This document shows positions 1 to 11,396 of a stretch of DNA of 64,000 nucleotides, piece after piece. The DNA comes from Heptranchias perlo (taxonomy: Eukaryota), in the NCBI RefSeq assembly GCF_035084215.1, contig NC_090368.1, positions 4,340,001 through 4,404,000 on the forward strand, written 5' to 3'. Below the pieces are notes generated by a model. That model did no database searches. It was not told the origin of the DNA and saw only the letters and a program-made list of their open reading frames with translations. Positions within the stretch are counted from its first letter, which is position 1. The number at the start of each line of letters is the position of its first letter. The position numbers were made by a program, and so were the translations under genes.

Positions 1-495
1 CGCAATGCCTTCGTGAGAAACAGGCTTTGGGTTGGCGAAACCTTCGCATCTTTTCCTGATGCTGCCAGTCAGACCCAGGACGCCCGATCCTACCAACTTT
101 GCGTTCCACTGACCCTTGTTGAGCCCGGACGTTTTCTTCCCCTTATCTTCGCTCTTCCACTCGCTGGACTCCATGGCTTTCCAGAATTGGTTTGCACCCG
201 CGCTGGAAGAGCGTTGTCGCGCGGCCACTCCGGGAGCTCGGGAGTCCGCGCCCTTCCACCATTCGTGGAGACTAAGCTTGCGCGAGGAGGTCCCTCTGCT
301 CGTGGCGTTTGAATCCCCGGGAGATTTCGCGGAGAACAGGGACAGGCTACGCGGTTTCCGCTCTTCCTGCGTCTCCTCTTTGTTTGCGCCAGACATCTTG
401 GCTTTGGGCTCAGTAACCTCGGATTTCGTTGAGGATGTCTTCGACGATGCTTTGGATTTGCTATTTGGGAAAGGCCACGTGAGCTTGGATTCCAT
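1..495 (-). CDS. Unidentified protein-coding exon, open past the left edge (MESKLTWPFPNSKSKASSKTSSTKSEVTEPKAKMSGANKEETQEERKPRSLSLFSAKSPG...)
   Basis: Minus frame has no stop from 702 to 1. Strong acceptor ttccgtttgttcctctccag (AG at 555-554), then gacagcATGG Kozak start at 495. Non-repetitive and CpG-rich. Absent from the ORF track because no stop lies in the window. Confidence 0.65.
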   Translation of the reverse strand, partial: MESKLTWPFPNSKSKASSKTSSTKSEVTEPKAKMSGANKEETQEERKPRSLSLFSAKSPGDSNATSRGTSSRKLSLHEWWKGADSRAPGVAARQRSSSAGANQFWKAMESSEWKSEDKGKKTSGLNKGQWNAKLVGSGVLGLTGSIRKRCEGFANPKPVSHEGIA

Positions 496-633
496 GCTGT
501 CAGCTCGGCCACTTAAAAGTTCTCTCAGAAGTCCAGTTGAAATTCTGGGAGATCTGGAGAGGAACAAACGGAAGGGTCTAGCTCTGGATTTCCATCTGCT
601 CTTGGGTCCTCGAGGTGTCCACACAGACTTCTT

Positions 634-724
634 GTGACCACACTTCAAAAGTGCTTCATTGGCCGTAAAGCGCCTTGGGACGTCCTGAGGTCGTGAAAGG
701 CGCTATAGAAATGCAAATTCTTCT
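634..724 (+). mobile_element. 3' tail of tRNA-derived Deu-type SINE
   Basis: cacttcaaaagt...gggacgtcctgaggtcgtgaaaggcgctatagaaatgcaa matches the tails of the full copies at 13750, 20772 and 51335. Confidence 0.75.
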
Positions 725-1353
725 TAAGACAGTCCAGCTACATTTCTAGCCGTCACCCAGCTACTTTCATTATTACTTCTCCTCCGTCAATTTCCTGCCT
801 GTCGAACCTTCTTTGAAACAGTTGGCTGCGAATTTGAAAAATTGAATTTAGGATCAGGGTGTCCCAGACTTCATGAGAGAAGAGATCAGGCAGTGGGGGA
901 AACTGAGAAAGGGGTATTCAGCATTGCTACTCCATTTAATCTGTTGAGTGATTATATGCAGTACAGCAGACAGGACTGTATACTGGTACACAACTGAAGT
1001 ATTGGATTGGATAACAAGGTGGGGACTTGTCCTGTAAAGTATATCATGGACGTCCAAAATGAAGTGGGAAGTTATGAGTGTGAATCACAGGGCTGATAGA
1101 TTCTCTATCTCACTTGGAAAGTACTGGACAGACTACAGGCTAACATGGGAGGGGAGGGAGGGGGATAAGCGTCTGGCAATAGTCCAGAGCCACACGCTCC
1201 CTCTGAACTTCCCTCCTACCAGGTGGCACCCATGGTAACAATACCAGGGCAGAATCAAGCCCGTGCATTCCATGCACTGGTGCCACGCATTGCTGCTCCA
1301 ATGGGCTGCACTTCTGCACCTGGAATGCAAATATGCAAACAGAACAACAATAA

Positions 1354-2056
1354 TCATAGAATGATACAGCACAGAAGGAGGCCATTTGGCCTGTCATGCC
1401 TGTGCTGGCTCTATGAAGGAGCTATCCAATTGGTCTCACTCTTTCCCCATAGCTCTGCAAATTTTTCCATTTCAAGTATTTATCCAATTCTCCTTTTGAA
1501 AGTTACTATTGAATCTGCTTCCACCGCCCTTTCAGGCAGCGCATTCCAGATCAGAACAACTCGCTGCGTAAAAATGTTTTTCCTCATGTCGCCTCTGGTT
1601 CTTTTGCCAATTACCGTAAATCTGTGTCCTCTGGTTACCGACCCTTCTGCCACTGCAAAGTTTCTCCCTATTTACTCTATCAAAACCCTTCATAATTTTG
1701 AACACCTCCGTCAAATCTCCAAATAACTTTCTCTGTTCTAAGGAGAACAATCCCAGCTTCTCCAGTCTCTCCACATAACTGAAGTCCCTCATCCCTGGTA
1801 TCATTCTAGTAAATCTCTCCTGCACCCCCTCTAAGGCTTTGACATCCTTCCTAAAGCGCGGTGCCCAGAATTGGCCACAATACTCCAGCTGAGGCCTAAC
1901 TAGTGTTTTATAAAGGTTTGGCATAACTTCCTTGCTTTTCTACTCTGTGCCTCTATTTATAAAGCCAAGGATCCCGTGCTTTTTTTAAACAGTCTTCTCA
2001 ACTTGTCCTGCCTGTACGTACACCCCAAAGTCCCTCAGTTCCTGCACCCCTTTTAA
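1354..2056 (-). mobile_element. CR1 LINE 3' fragment (ORF2 C-terminus plus tail)
   Basis: ORF 1532-1924 LYKTLVRPQLEYCGQFWAP...ERLEKLGLFSLEQR; ATTCTATG tail. Confidence 0.9.
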
Positions 2057-2094
2057 AAATGGCCCCATGATAAAGGGGGAGAAAAAGGAACAAT

Positions 2095-2391
2095 GGGGTA
2101 GAAATGCTTCTTGTATGATATCGCTAATTGGATGGTATCACGTTGGCATGAAGTCAATGGGACTGAATATCGAGCGGGGAATATAGATAGAATACCAAAG
2201 CCTGGTCTTCAGTTGCTTCCAAGCCTTTATTCACACACCGCACCCTAGCTAAGCTCTCCTATAAAAAAGGATACGAGAGTCCCCAATTGATACCCACCAC
2301 TTGAATACAATTAACACTAATTGATATAAATCATACAATTAACACATAATGGGTGGGCAATACGATACTACACAACATGGAGTTCTACCCC
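2095..2391. mobile_element. MITE (PIF/Harbinger-like) with an internal LTR-like insert at about 2185-2346
   Basis: TIRs GGGGTAGAA (2095-2103) and TTCTACCCC (2383-2391), each flanked by AAT. The inner AT-rich segment reads TG...AATAAA on the minus strand. Confidence 0.5.
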
Positions 2392-3325
2392 AATGTGTTT
2401 CTATCTGTTGAAGGGAAAGGTTTCTTGGTGAATTGAGGGTTCCACTTGGTATATGGGCCCTGCACTTTATTTACCGCTCAGAAGGCAGGTTGAGATGAAG
2501 GAAGCCCTTCAGGCCATTTGATCTCCTTCTTCCAGAATACCAAACCTACCGGTCTTCCGACTGCAACATTCACCCGAACAGGCAGACGCGGGCCTCAGTT
2601 CAACGTCTCATCTGAAAGGACGGTATCTCCGACAGTGCAGCACTCCCTCAGTGCTGCACCGGGAGCGTCGGCCACGGATTGTTCGCTATTACTGTGCTGC
2701 GAGGACGGGATCGGGCGTGGCCGCGTGGTTCCACACAGTTGAATAGCTCTCACTGCCGAGGCTCACGCATATAGGGTGGCCGAGTGGGCAAGGGACTGGC
2801 AGGTGACCGAGACCCATAGAGCTGCCCTAACCAGGGAGGAAGTGCAATCGGGAGTGGAGGGGGGTGGGAAGATCCCTGGCCTATTTTCCCCATCCTAATC
2901 AGAACTGCTGGTGCCAGCAGTCGCACTCCTACTCCCACCCCAGCTGAGCTCAGTACCAAAACAGAGGCAACCAATTGACTCATTTTGGATTAATGAGTGC
3001 ACATACATCGTTGCCTGGACAGGTAGGGGGAAAGTTGGACGCACAACCGTTCACCAAATTTCCACAACACAACAGGGGTCCCTCAGTGTTGGGAAGCTGC
3101 AAGACAAGTTGCTTTGTGTGTGCCTGCGTCTAATCAGTGGTGTTCACTTCGACAAACTTAAAGGAGAATCTCGAGGGCAGCTTAGATTGGGTTCACTCCA
3201 GTGCCCTGTAAACAAAATTATTTGTAAACACCTTTTCACGTGTGTGGACTTAATTTGGCAGCACCTTGGTTAGCACCGGAGTCCTGCGCAAATCGGCCGC
3301 AACTCTTATCCAGGTTGGACATTCG

Positions 3326-4013
3326 AACATATGATAAGGAACAGGAGGAGGCCATTCAGCCCCATCGAGCCTGTTCCGCCATTCAATTGGATCATGGCTG
3401 ATCTGTATCTTAACTCCATTTACCCGCCTTGGTTCCGTAACCCTTAATACCCTTCACCCAACAAAAATCGATCAATCTCAGTTTTGAAATTTTCAATCGA
3501 CCCCCCGGCCTCAACAGCTTTTTTTGGGGGAGAGAGTTCCAGATTCCCACTCCCCTTTGTGTGAAGAAGTGCTTCCTGACATCAAGGATTAGAGGGGACG
3601 TGAGGAAAAACTTTTTTACCCAGAGGGTGGTGGGTGTATGGAATTCGCTGCCCGAATTGGTGGCAGAGGCAGGGACCCTCAACTCTTTTAAAAAAAGTAC
3701 CTGGACCCGCACCTAAAGTGCTGTAAGCTGCAGGGCTACGGACCGGGTGCTGGAAGGTGGGATTAGAATGGGCACCTGGTTGTTCTTTGAGCCGGCGCGG
3801 ACACGATGGGCCGAATGGCCCCCTTCTGTGCTGTATCTTTTCTTTGGTTCTATGGTTCTATGACCCCTGAACGGCCTAGCTCTAATTTTAAGGTAATGCA
3901 CCCCTTGTTCTGGATTCCCCCCCACCAGAGGAAATAGTTATCCATCCTATCAAATCCTTTAATCATCTTAAACACCTCAATTAGATCACCCCTTAATCTT
4001 TTAAACTCAAGGG
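3326..4013 (-). mobile_element. CR1 3' fragment interrupted by an oppositely oriented CR1 3' end (about 3584-3862, +)
   Basis: Host reads ...cttcctgacatca|cccctgaacggcc... across the insert; both parts carry RLRGDLIEV/FFTQRVV-type motifs. Confidence 0.8.
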
Positions 4014-4645
4014 ATATAATAACAGTAAATACAATAATCCCGAACAAAAGTTTTTGAGAGGACCTGTATGACAGCCCCTTGTGCTGCTACCTCTGTTGTA
4101 CACATAGGTTCCTCTTTTTAATACGCTTCCTTTAGCCTGGGGCCTACATTTGTCACGGTCTCATACCCAGTGCCTGGTTAACGATCTGACTGCAAAGAGA
4201 ACAGGATGAAATCCAAATTGGTCAAGACTTACCTTAAGCCCCAACCGAAGGGGACCGTCACCGAGTCACTGGACACTTGGGAAAGTAAACATTTGAATAT
4301 TACCCTTAGTAAACGGTTGCCTTGTTACAGTCATGCCCTCAGTTCCTGTTGTGGATTTAGGTGACTGCTGTGGTTGCTTTTCCGGTAAGTAACCAATTGA
4401 AACAGTCTTGTGGTAAAAGATTGCTAAATGTTGACATGTAAAACTGAAAATGGAATAAAGAATGACTTGTGAGCCAGAAACTTCCTGTTCTTGTCAAGAG
4501 GCGGACCTGTAAATTTTCTTTCCTCAATCTGTTTCCAGGGTTCAGAGTTCGCGAGCTGTTCGTTTCATCTTCCTCTGCAATATCTCCCTCTGCCCAGCAG
4601 GATCAACTCCTCCAAAGAGGAGCTGGATAGATAGTTGGTCGGGAA

Positions 4646-5102
4646 TGGGATGAGAGGTTGCAGGGACAGGTTTGACTTATAGGGAGAGGTTGGATAGACT
4701 GAGACTTTTTTCCCTGGAGAGTAGGAGGTTTAGGGGTGATCTTATAGAAGTCTATAAAATAATGAGGGGCATAGATAAGGTAGATAGTCAAAATCTTTTC
4801 CCAAAGGTAGGGGAGTCTATAACGAGGGGGCATAGATTTAAGGTGAGAGGGGAGAGATACAAAAGGGTCCAGAGGGGCAATTTTTTCGCTCAAAGGGTGG
4901 TGAGTGTTTGGAACGAGCTGCCAGAGGCAGTAATAGAGGCGGGTACAATTTTGTCTTTTAAAAAGCATTTGGACAGTTACATGGGTATAGAGGGATATGG
5001 GCCAAGTGCAGGCAATTGGGACTAGCTTAGTGGTATAAACTGGGCGACATGGACATGTTGGGCCGAAGGGCCTGTTTCCATGTTGTAAACTTCTATGATT
5101 CT
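4646..5102 (+). mobile_element. Young CR1 3' end
   Basis: Intact ORF 4672-5025 ending GPSAGNWD*; near-identical to the inverted copy at 9852-10327. Confidence 0.9.
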
Positions 5103-5129
5103 AGGTACTGACTTATATATCAAACTGTC

Positions 5130-6065
5130 ATTTACACAAAGGATTTGGACTTGGGAATTGGAAGTACAGTATCAAAATTTGCAGACACCACCAAATTGGG
5201 AGGCACAGTTAATACCGAGGACAACTGCGACAAAATACAAGATGCTAACAAACTCGCAGAATGGGCATGTAAATTGTAAATTAATTTCAATATAGAGAAG
5301 TGTGAGGTGGTGCATTTTGGTAGGAGGAATAAGGGAGCCACCTACTCCTTGGAAAATAAGAGTCTAAATGGGGTAGAGGAACAAAGGGATCTAGGGGTAC
5401 AGATTCACAAATCATTAAAAGTAGCAACGCAGATTAACAAAGCCATAAAAATGCAAACCACTTGGATTTATTTCCAGAGGAATAGAATTGAAAAGCAGAG
5501 AAGTTGTGTTAACCTTGGTTAGACCATACTTGGAAGTACTGTGCAGTTCTGGTCTCCATATTATAAAAAGGATATAGAGACAGTGGAGAAGGTGCAACAA
5601 AGATTTACAAGAATGATACCAGAACTGAGAGGTTATACCTCTCAGGAAAGACTGAACAGGTTGGGCTCTTTTCTCTAGAAAACAGAAGGCTGAGAGGTGA
5701 CCTGATCAAGGTCTTTAAAATTATGAAGGGGTTCGATAGGGTAGATGTAGAAATATTTCCACTTATGGGGGGACGGCAGAGTCCAAAACTAGGGGTCTTA
5801 AATACAAGATAGTCACCAATAAATCCAGTAAGGGATTCAGGAGAAACTTCTTTACTCAGAGTGGTGAGAATGTGGAACTTGCTACCACATGGAGTGGTTG
5901 AGGCAAATAGCATTTAAGGGGAAGCTCGATAAATACGAGGGAGAAAGGAATAAGATATGTTGAGAGGGTGAGATGAAGGTGGAAGGAGGCTTGTGTGGAG
6001 CATAAACACCAGCATGGACCTATTGGGCTGAATGGCCTTTTTCTGTGCAGTAAATTCCATGTAAT
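5130..6065 (+). mobile_element. Degenerate CR1 (RT C-terminus to tail)
   Basis: KFADTTKLGG, KCEVVHFGRRN and DLGVQIHKSLK motifs with frameshifts. Confidence 0.85.
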
Positions 6066-6202
6066 AAGTCACGGTACATGATGGTATCAGCTTACAGTCG
6101 CAGTGTTAGCTGTGGCTCAGTGGTAGCACTCTCGCCTCTGAGTCGGAAGGTAGCGAGTTCAAGTTCCACTCTCACTCCAGAGATTTCGAACACTCCCCTT
6201 AA

Positions 6203-6801
6203 TCATAAAGGTTACAGCATGGAAGGCGGCCATTCAGCCCATTGAGTGTGCGCCAGCACTATACAAGAGCAATCCAGCTAGTCCCACTCCCCTGCTGTAG
6301 CCCTGCACATTTTTTCCTTTCGAGTACTTATCCAGTTCCCTTTTGAAGGCCATGATTGAATCTGCCTCCATCACGCCCTCAGGCAGTGCATTCCAGATCC
6401 TAACCACTCGCTGTGTAAAAAAATGTTTTTCCTCATGTCCTTTGGTTCTTTTGCCAATCACCTTAAATCCATGTCCTCTGGTTCTTGACCCTTCCGCCAA
6501 TGGGAACAGTTTCTCTCTATCTACTCTGTCTAGACCCTTCATGATTTTGAATACCTCTATCAAATCTCCTCGCAACCGTCTCTGTTCGAAGGAGAAACCC
6601 ACCCCCACCCCCAGCTTCTCCATGTAACTAAAGTCCCTCATCCTTAGAATTATTCTAGTAAATCTCTTCTGCACCCTCTCTAAGGCTTTCACATCTTTCC
6701 TAAAGTGCAGTGCCCAGAGCTGGACACAATACTCCAGTTGAGACCAAACCAGTGTTTTATAAAGGTTCATCATGACTTCCATACTTTTGTACTCTATGCC
6801 T
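6203..6801 (-). mobile_element. CR1 3' fragment
   Basis: ORF 6234-6782 LYKTLVWSQLEYCVQ...RRLRGDLIEVFKIMKG. Confidence 0.9.
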
Positions 6802-7102
6802 TAACCTTCTATGCTCCAGTGAATACAGCCTAGTTATTGTACAGACATTGGTGGAATGACACAGGTCCACAACAGCAGATTGGAGCTGCCCTAACACACT
6901 GAAACGACAGACACGTCGTCCAATTCCCGATAATTCTTGCGAAGCGACATTGTTCTAGTGACAATTTGCAAGAGATTGATGGGTTGGGCAGGCAACACCT
7001 CACAGGTATCTACACTTGGGGAGTGCAGCACGATTTGTTCAGGATTAGTATTAAAGCTCCAGCAGCAGTGAAAATGTATCAGGTTTCTGGGTGGTAAAAG
7101 AG

Positions 7103-8576
7103 GTGCATTGGTTGTGATCTTCCAAAATTCCCTAACGGTCCCAGTGGATTGGAATGCAGCAAATGTTACTTCACTGTTCAAGGAAGAAGGGAGAGAGAAA
7201 ACAGGGAACTACAGGCCAGTTAGCCTGACATCAGTCATCAGGAAAATGCTGCAATCCATTGTTAAGGACACAGTAACAGGGCACTAAGAAAATTATACAA
7301 TTAGGCACAGTCGACATGATTTTATGAAAGGGAAATCATGTTTGACAAATTTATTAAAGTTTTTTGAGAGTGTAACTAGCAGGGTAGATAAAGGAGAACC
7401 AGTGGATGTAGTATATGTGGATTTTCAAAAGGCATTCGATAAGGTGCCTCATAAAAGATTGTTACACAAGGTAAAGACTCACTGGGCTGAGGGTAACATA
7501 GAGGATTGGTTAACGGACAGAAAAGAGAGAGTAGTGATAAACGGGTCATTCTCAGGCTGGCAGGCTGTAACTAGTGGGGTGCCGCAAGGATCGGTGTTTG
7601 GACCTCAGTTATTCATAATCTATATTAATGACTCAGATGAAGGGACCGAGTGTAATGTATCCAAGTTTGCTGACAATACAAAGCTAGGTGGGAAAGTAAG
7701 CTGGGAGGAGGACACAAAGAGTCTGCAAAGGGATATAGACAGGTTAAGTGAGTGGGCAAGAAAGTGACAGATGGAGTATAATGTGGGGAAAAGTAAGGTT
7801 ATTCACTTTGGTAATAGTAGAAAAAACACAGAATATTTTTTAGATGGCGAGAAACTATTAAATGTTGGTGTTGAGGGATTTTGGTGTCCTCGTACATGAA
7901 ACACAAAGTTAACATGCAGGTACAGTAAGCAGGAAGGCAAATGGTATGTTGGCCTTTATTGCAAGGGAGTTGGAGTACAAGAGTAAGGAAGTCTTGCTGC
8001 AATTGTACAGGGCTTTGCTGAGACCACACCTGGAGTACTGTGTACAGTTATGGTCTCCTTACCTAAGGAAGGATATACTTGCCTTAGAGGCGGTGCAATA
8101 AAGGTTCACTAGATTGATTCCTGGGATGAGAGGGTTGTCCTGAGGAGAGGTTGAGTAGAATGGGCTGATACTCTCAGGAGTTAAGATGAATGAGAGGTAA
8201 TCTCGTTGAAACATATAAGATTTAAAGAGGGCTTGACAGGGTAGATGCTGAGAGGCTGCGTCCCCAGCTGGAAAGTTTAGAAGTAGAGGGCATAGTCTGA
8301 GGATAAAGAGTCAGCCATTGAGGACTGAGATGAGGAGAAATTTCTTCACTCAGAGGGTTGTGAATTTTTGGAATTCTCGACCCGTGGGCTGTAGATGCTG
8401 AGTCAGAGTACATTCAAGGCTGAGATCAATAGAATTTTAGACTCAAAGGGAATCAAGGGATATGGGGATCGATCGGGAAAGTGGAGATAAGGTCAAAGAT
8501 CAGCCAAGATCTTATTGAATAGCGAAGCAGGCTCGAGAGGCCATTCGGCCTTCTCCTCCTATTTCCTAATGATCTT
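7103..8576 (+). mobile_element. 5'-truncated CR1 LINE with a decayed reverse-transcriptase domain
   Basis: ORF 7324-7767 has [31 protein letters not shown] and KFADNTKL; stops and frameshifts downstream. Confidence 0.92.
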
Positions 8577-9414
8577 AAAGCATTTGCCAAATTGACGGCA
8601 TAAGACTGCCACAGACACCGGGAAAGCAATGGTACTCTAAGACTTTACAACCAGGGATACCAAAAATATTTCTCTTTTTAGCTTTGGTAACTAACATTGG
8701 GCACGTTTCCTTTATTTAACAAAGCCATAAAAATGCGGGTCAGGCCACTCCCGGCCTGAAGGGGTGAAGGGTTTTACTTTTGCAAGTAGGAACGGAGAGG
8801 GTCCCACCCAGAAACATTAACCCTGTCCTTTTCAGACGCTGAAAGACCTGTTGCGTATTTCTGGCATGCTTCACTTTGTAGGACATATTGAAAGACCAGA
8901 CTCCATTTGGGGCCTGGCCCCAATCCCAGCTGCGGTGGAGGTAGAAGCACAAATTGGCCTCAGCAGCCGCAGGCTTGGGGCCACTGGGAATGTCAGGCAA
9001 GGATTCCATCCCTAGTTGCGATCCAGTGGCCCCAATGCTGGAAAACACCTATCTGTGGACTTTTGAAGAGGATGTATCAGGACTTGGCTGTGAGTGGTCT
9101 ATGGTCCAATAGCCTGCTGACGTCGAGGAATGTACTGGAGGGTACCTGTAGAACCACATCCTGCTTTTGAGAAGCAAGAAAAGCACCAAAAAAAAAACTG
9201 CATTACCACAGTGCAAGATTTGGTAATAGAACTGCATGCAGGTTAGACAACCTACAATTTAGGAACATGCTGGACTGGTGTAGATGACTGCGTTGCCTGC
9301 GGCCAGTCTGGATAAAGCATGAAGATGCAAACTATCCTTTCCAGTTTAATGCACTCTGCTCCTGTAGGCGAAGGTGCCGACTCTTGGCCTTTGGCTTCAG
9401 GGAGGTGCGACAAA

Positions 9415-9851
9415 TTGCGTTTAAAGCACCGTAAAACGTCCCGAGACTTTTCACAGGAAAAACAAAATTTGACATCCGAGCCACATAAGGAGACATGAGG
9501 ACAGGTGACCCAAAAGCTTGGTCAAAGAGGTAGGTTTTGAGGAGGAGAGAGAGGCGGAGAGGTTTAGGGAGGGAATTCCAGAGCTTCGGGCCCAGGCAGC
9601 TGAAGGCACGGCCGCCAATGGTGTGGCGATGAAAACTGGGGATGCGCGAGGCGCCAGAATTGGAGGAGTGCAGGGAGATCTCGGAGGGTTGTACGGCTGG
9701 AGGAGGTTACAGAGATCGGGAGGGCCACACAGGGATTTGAACATGGGGACGGGGATTTTTAAAAAAACGAGGTGATGCTGGACTGGAAGCCAATGTAGAT
9801 CAGCGAGCATGGCGGGGGGGGGCGTCAGGTGAATAGAACTTGGCGTGAGTT
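9415..9851 (-). mobile_element. L2-clade LINE 3' fragment (continues at about 10328-10355 beyond the CR1 insertion)
   Basis: LADLHWLPV...KIP.FKSL motif; homologous to 16034-16625. Confidence 0.8.
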
Positions 9852-10327
9852 CATAGAATCATAGAAGTTTACAACATGGAAACAGGCCCTTTGGCCCAAC
9901 ATGTCCATGTCGCCCAGTTTATACCACTAAGCTAGTCCCAATTGCCTGCACTTGGCCCATATCCCTCTATACCCATCTTACCCATGTAACTGTCCAAATG
10001 CTTTTTAAAAGACAAAATTGTACCCGCCTCTATTACTGCCTCTGGCAGCTCGTTCCAAACACTCACCACCCTTTGAGTGAAAAAATTGCCCCTCTGGACC
10101 CTTTTGTATCTCTCCCCTCTCACCTTAAATCTATGCCCCCTCGTTATAGACTCCCCTACCTTTGGGAAAAGATTTTGACTATCTACCTTATCTATGCCCC
10201 TCATTATTTTATAGACTTCTATAAGATCACCCCTTAACCTCCTACTCTCCAGGGAAAAAAGTCCCAGTCTATCTAACCTCTTCCTATAAGTCAAACCATC
10301 AAGTCCCGGTAGCATCCTAGTAAATCT
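9852..10327 (-). mobile_element. Young CR1 3' end nested in the L2 fragment
   Basis: Intact ORF RFTRMLPGLDGLTYRKRLDRLGLFSLESRRLRGDLIEVYKIM...NWD*; splits the host sequence gagtt|aggatac. Confidence 0.9.
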
Positions 10328-10530
10328 TAGGATACAGGCAGCAGAGTTTTGGATGCACGCAGCACCTCGACCACGCACTCTGGCCGAGATCGGATGCGGT
10401 CAAATAAAGCTTCCCAGAAGGGTCCGGGGGGGCGCGCTCCTGAGTTCGTAAAGCGAGAAAACTCATCGACTTGCAACAGAACGTTGAGGCCTGGCAGCTG
10501 ATATTAAAATACGCACATCACTTTGTGACT

Positions 10531-10536
10531 TTTATT
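10531..10536 (-). terminator. Polyadenylation signal AATAAA of UBAP2L
   Basis: tttatt on + about 760 nt after the stop, followed on minus by GU/U-rich sequence. Confidence 0.6.
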
Positions 10537-11297
10537 TATATTCAGTTAATACCACGGTTCCTCAAGTCAGTGACCCCGGGAAGTCGGACTGCACAGAAGA
10601 GAAAAAAAAAATAATATAGAATACTTACAGTGGCGTACGATCGTCCAAAAACAAAACTTAAAAGAAAATAACCCTGTAAAAAGTTGTCCAATGCACTTCC
10701 GTTTTTTTCTTTTTATGTCATGAAATTAATTACAAAAAGCCATTGAGAGCAGGTGAGAAACCGGGTCCGTCTACAGTTCTTTGTGTTTTTTATATATACA
10801 CAAGAGATACATCATTCACTGAATTGAAACACAGTACAAAAAAACACCCCAAAGAAGCCATATAAGACCACATTGTTCATTTCACTTGAAGTCCTAAAGA
10901 AAGGGGAGGGGGTGGGAGGTGAGGGGAGAGGGGAGAGGGGGTTTAAATCAAAATCGCAGTAGGTGTTGTAACTCCTTCATTGGGAATGGGGTGGGGTTTG
11001 GGGGCGGGCGGGATGGATGGGGTAAAACAAACAAGCATCTCGTAATCTGAACGCAGAAAATAGGAGAAATTACAAACTCTATATTACATACAACAGTAAA
11101 GGTGGGCACCACAGACAACGCAGAGCTTTTTAAAAAAACTTCGCTATTTAACTTGCACTGATGTCTTTTTTTTTTTGTTAAGTGTAGACAGACCACAGCG
11201 TTGGGTGGGTTTCACGGCCACACTTGTAACTTAATTTTCTTTTTCCGTTCTTTAAAGCGAGATATGTTTTGCAGGGGGAGGGGGGGGGGGCCTCGGC
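10537..11297 (-). other. UBAP2L: UBAP2L 3'UTR
   Basis: TE-free sequence between the stop and AATAAA; contains a Pumilio-type TGTATATA at 10793-10800. Confidence 0.65.
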
Positions 11298-11396
11298 TCA
11301 GTTGGGACCCCAGTAGCCGGAGCTGTTGTAGGCGGATTTATTCGCCTGGGCCTTCTGCTGAATGCTGCTGGCTTGAGTGCGCTGTCCCGTTCCACT
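11298..11396 (-). CDS. UBAP2L: UBAP2L last coding exon (SGTGQRTQASSIQQKAQANKSAYNSSGYWGPN*)
   Basis: Matches the UBAP2L C-terminus; AAG acceptor, phase 0, TGA at 11300-11298. Confidence 0.93.
   Translation of the reverse strand, partial: SGTGQRTQASSIQQKAQANKSAYNSSGYWGPN

Noticed and set aside
13-637. ORFs 13-312 (+), 116-637 (+) and 90-512 (-)
   Set aside because: Better explained as shadows of the minus-strand frame with the ATG at 495, which has the splice acceptor and Kozak context
6103-6190. tRNA gene
   Set aside because: tRNA-derived SINE head with A and B boxes; no complete cloverleaf
7324-7767. Functional or domesticated reverse transcriptase
   Set aside because: 5'-truncated CR1 with FADD changed to FADN, and stops and frameshifts on both sides
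10330-10480. CpG-island promoter after the UBAP2L 3' end
   Set aside because: Only about 150 bp, with no associated exon or donor identified
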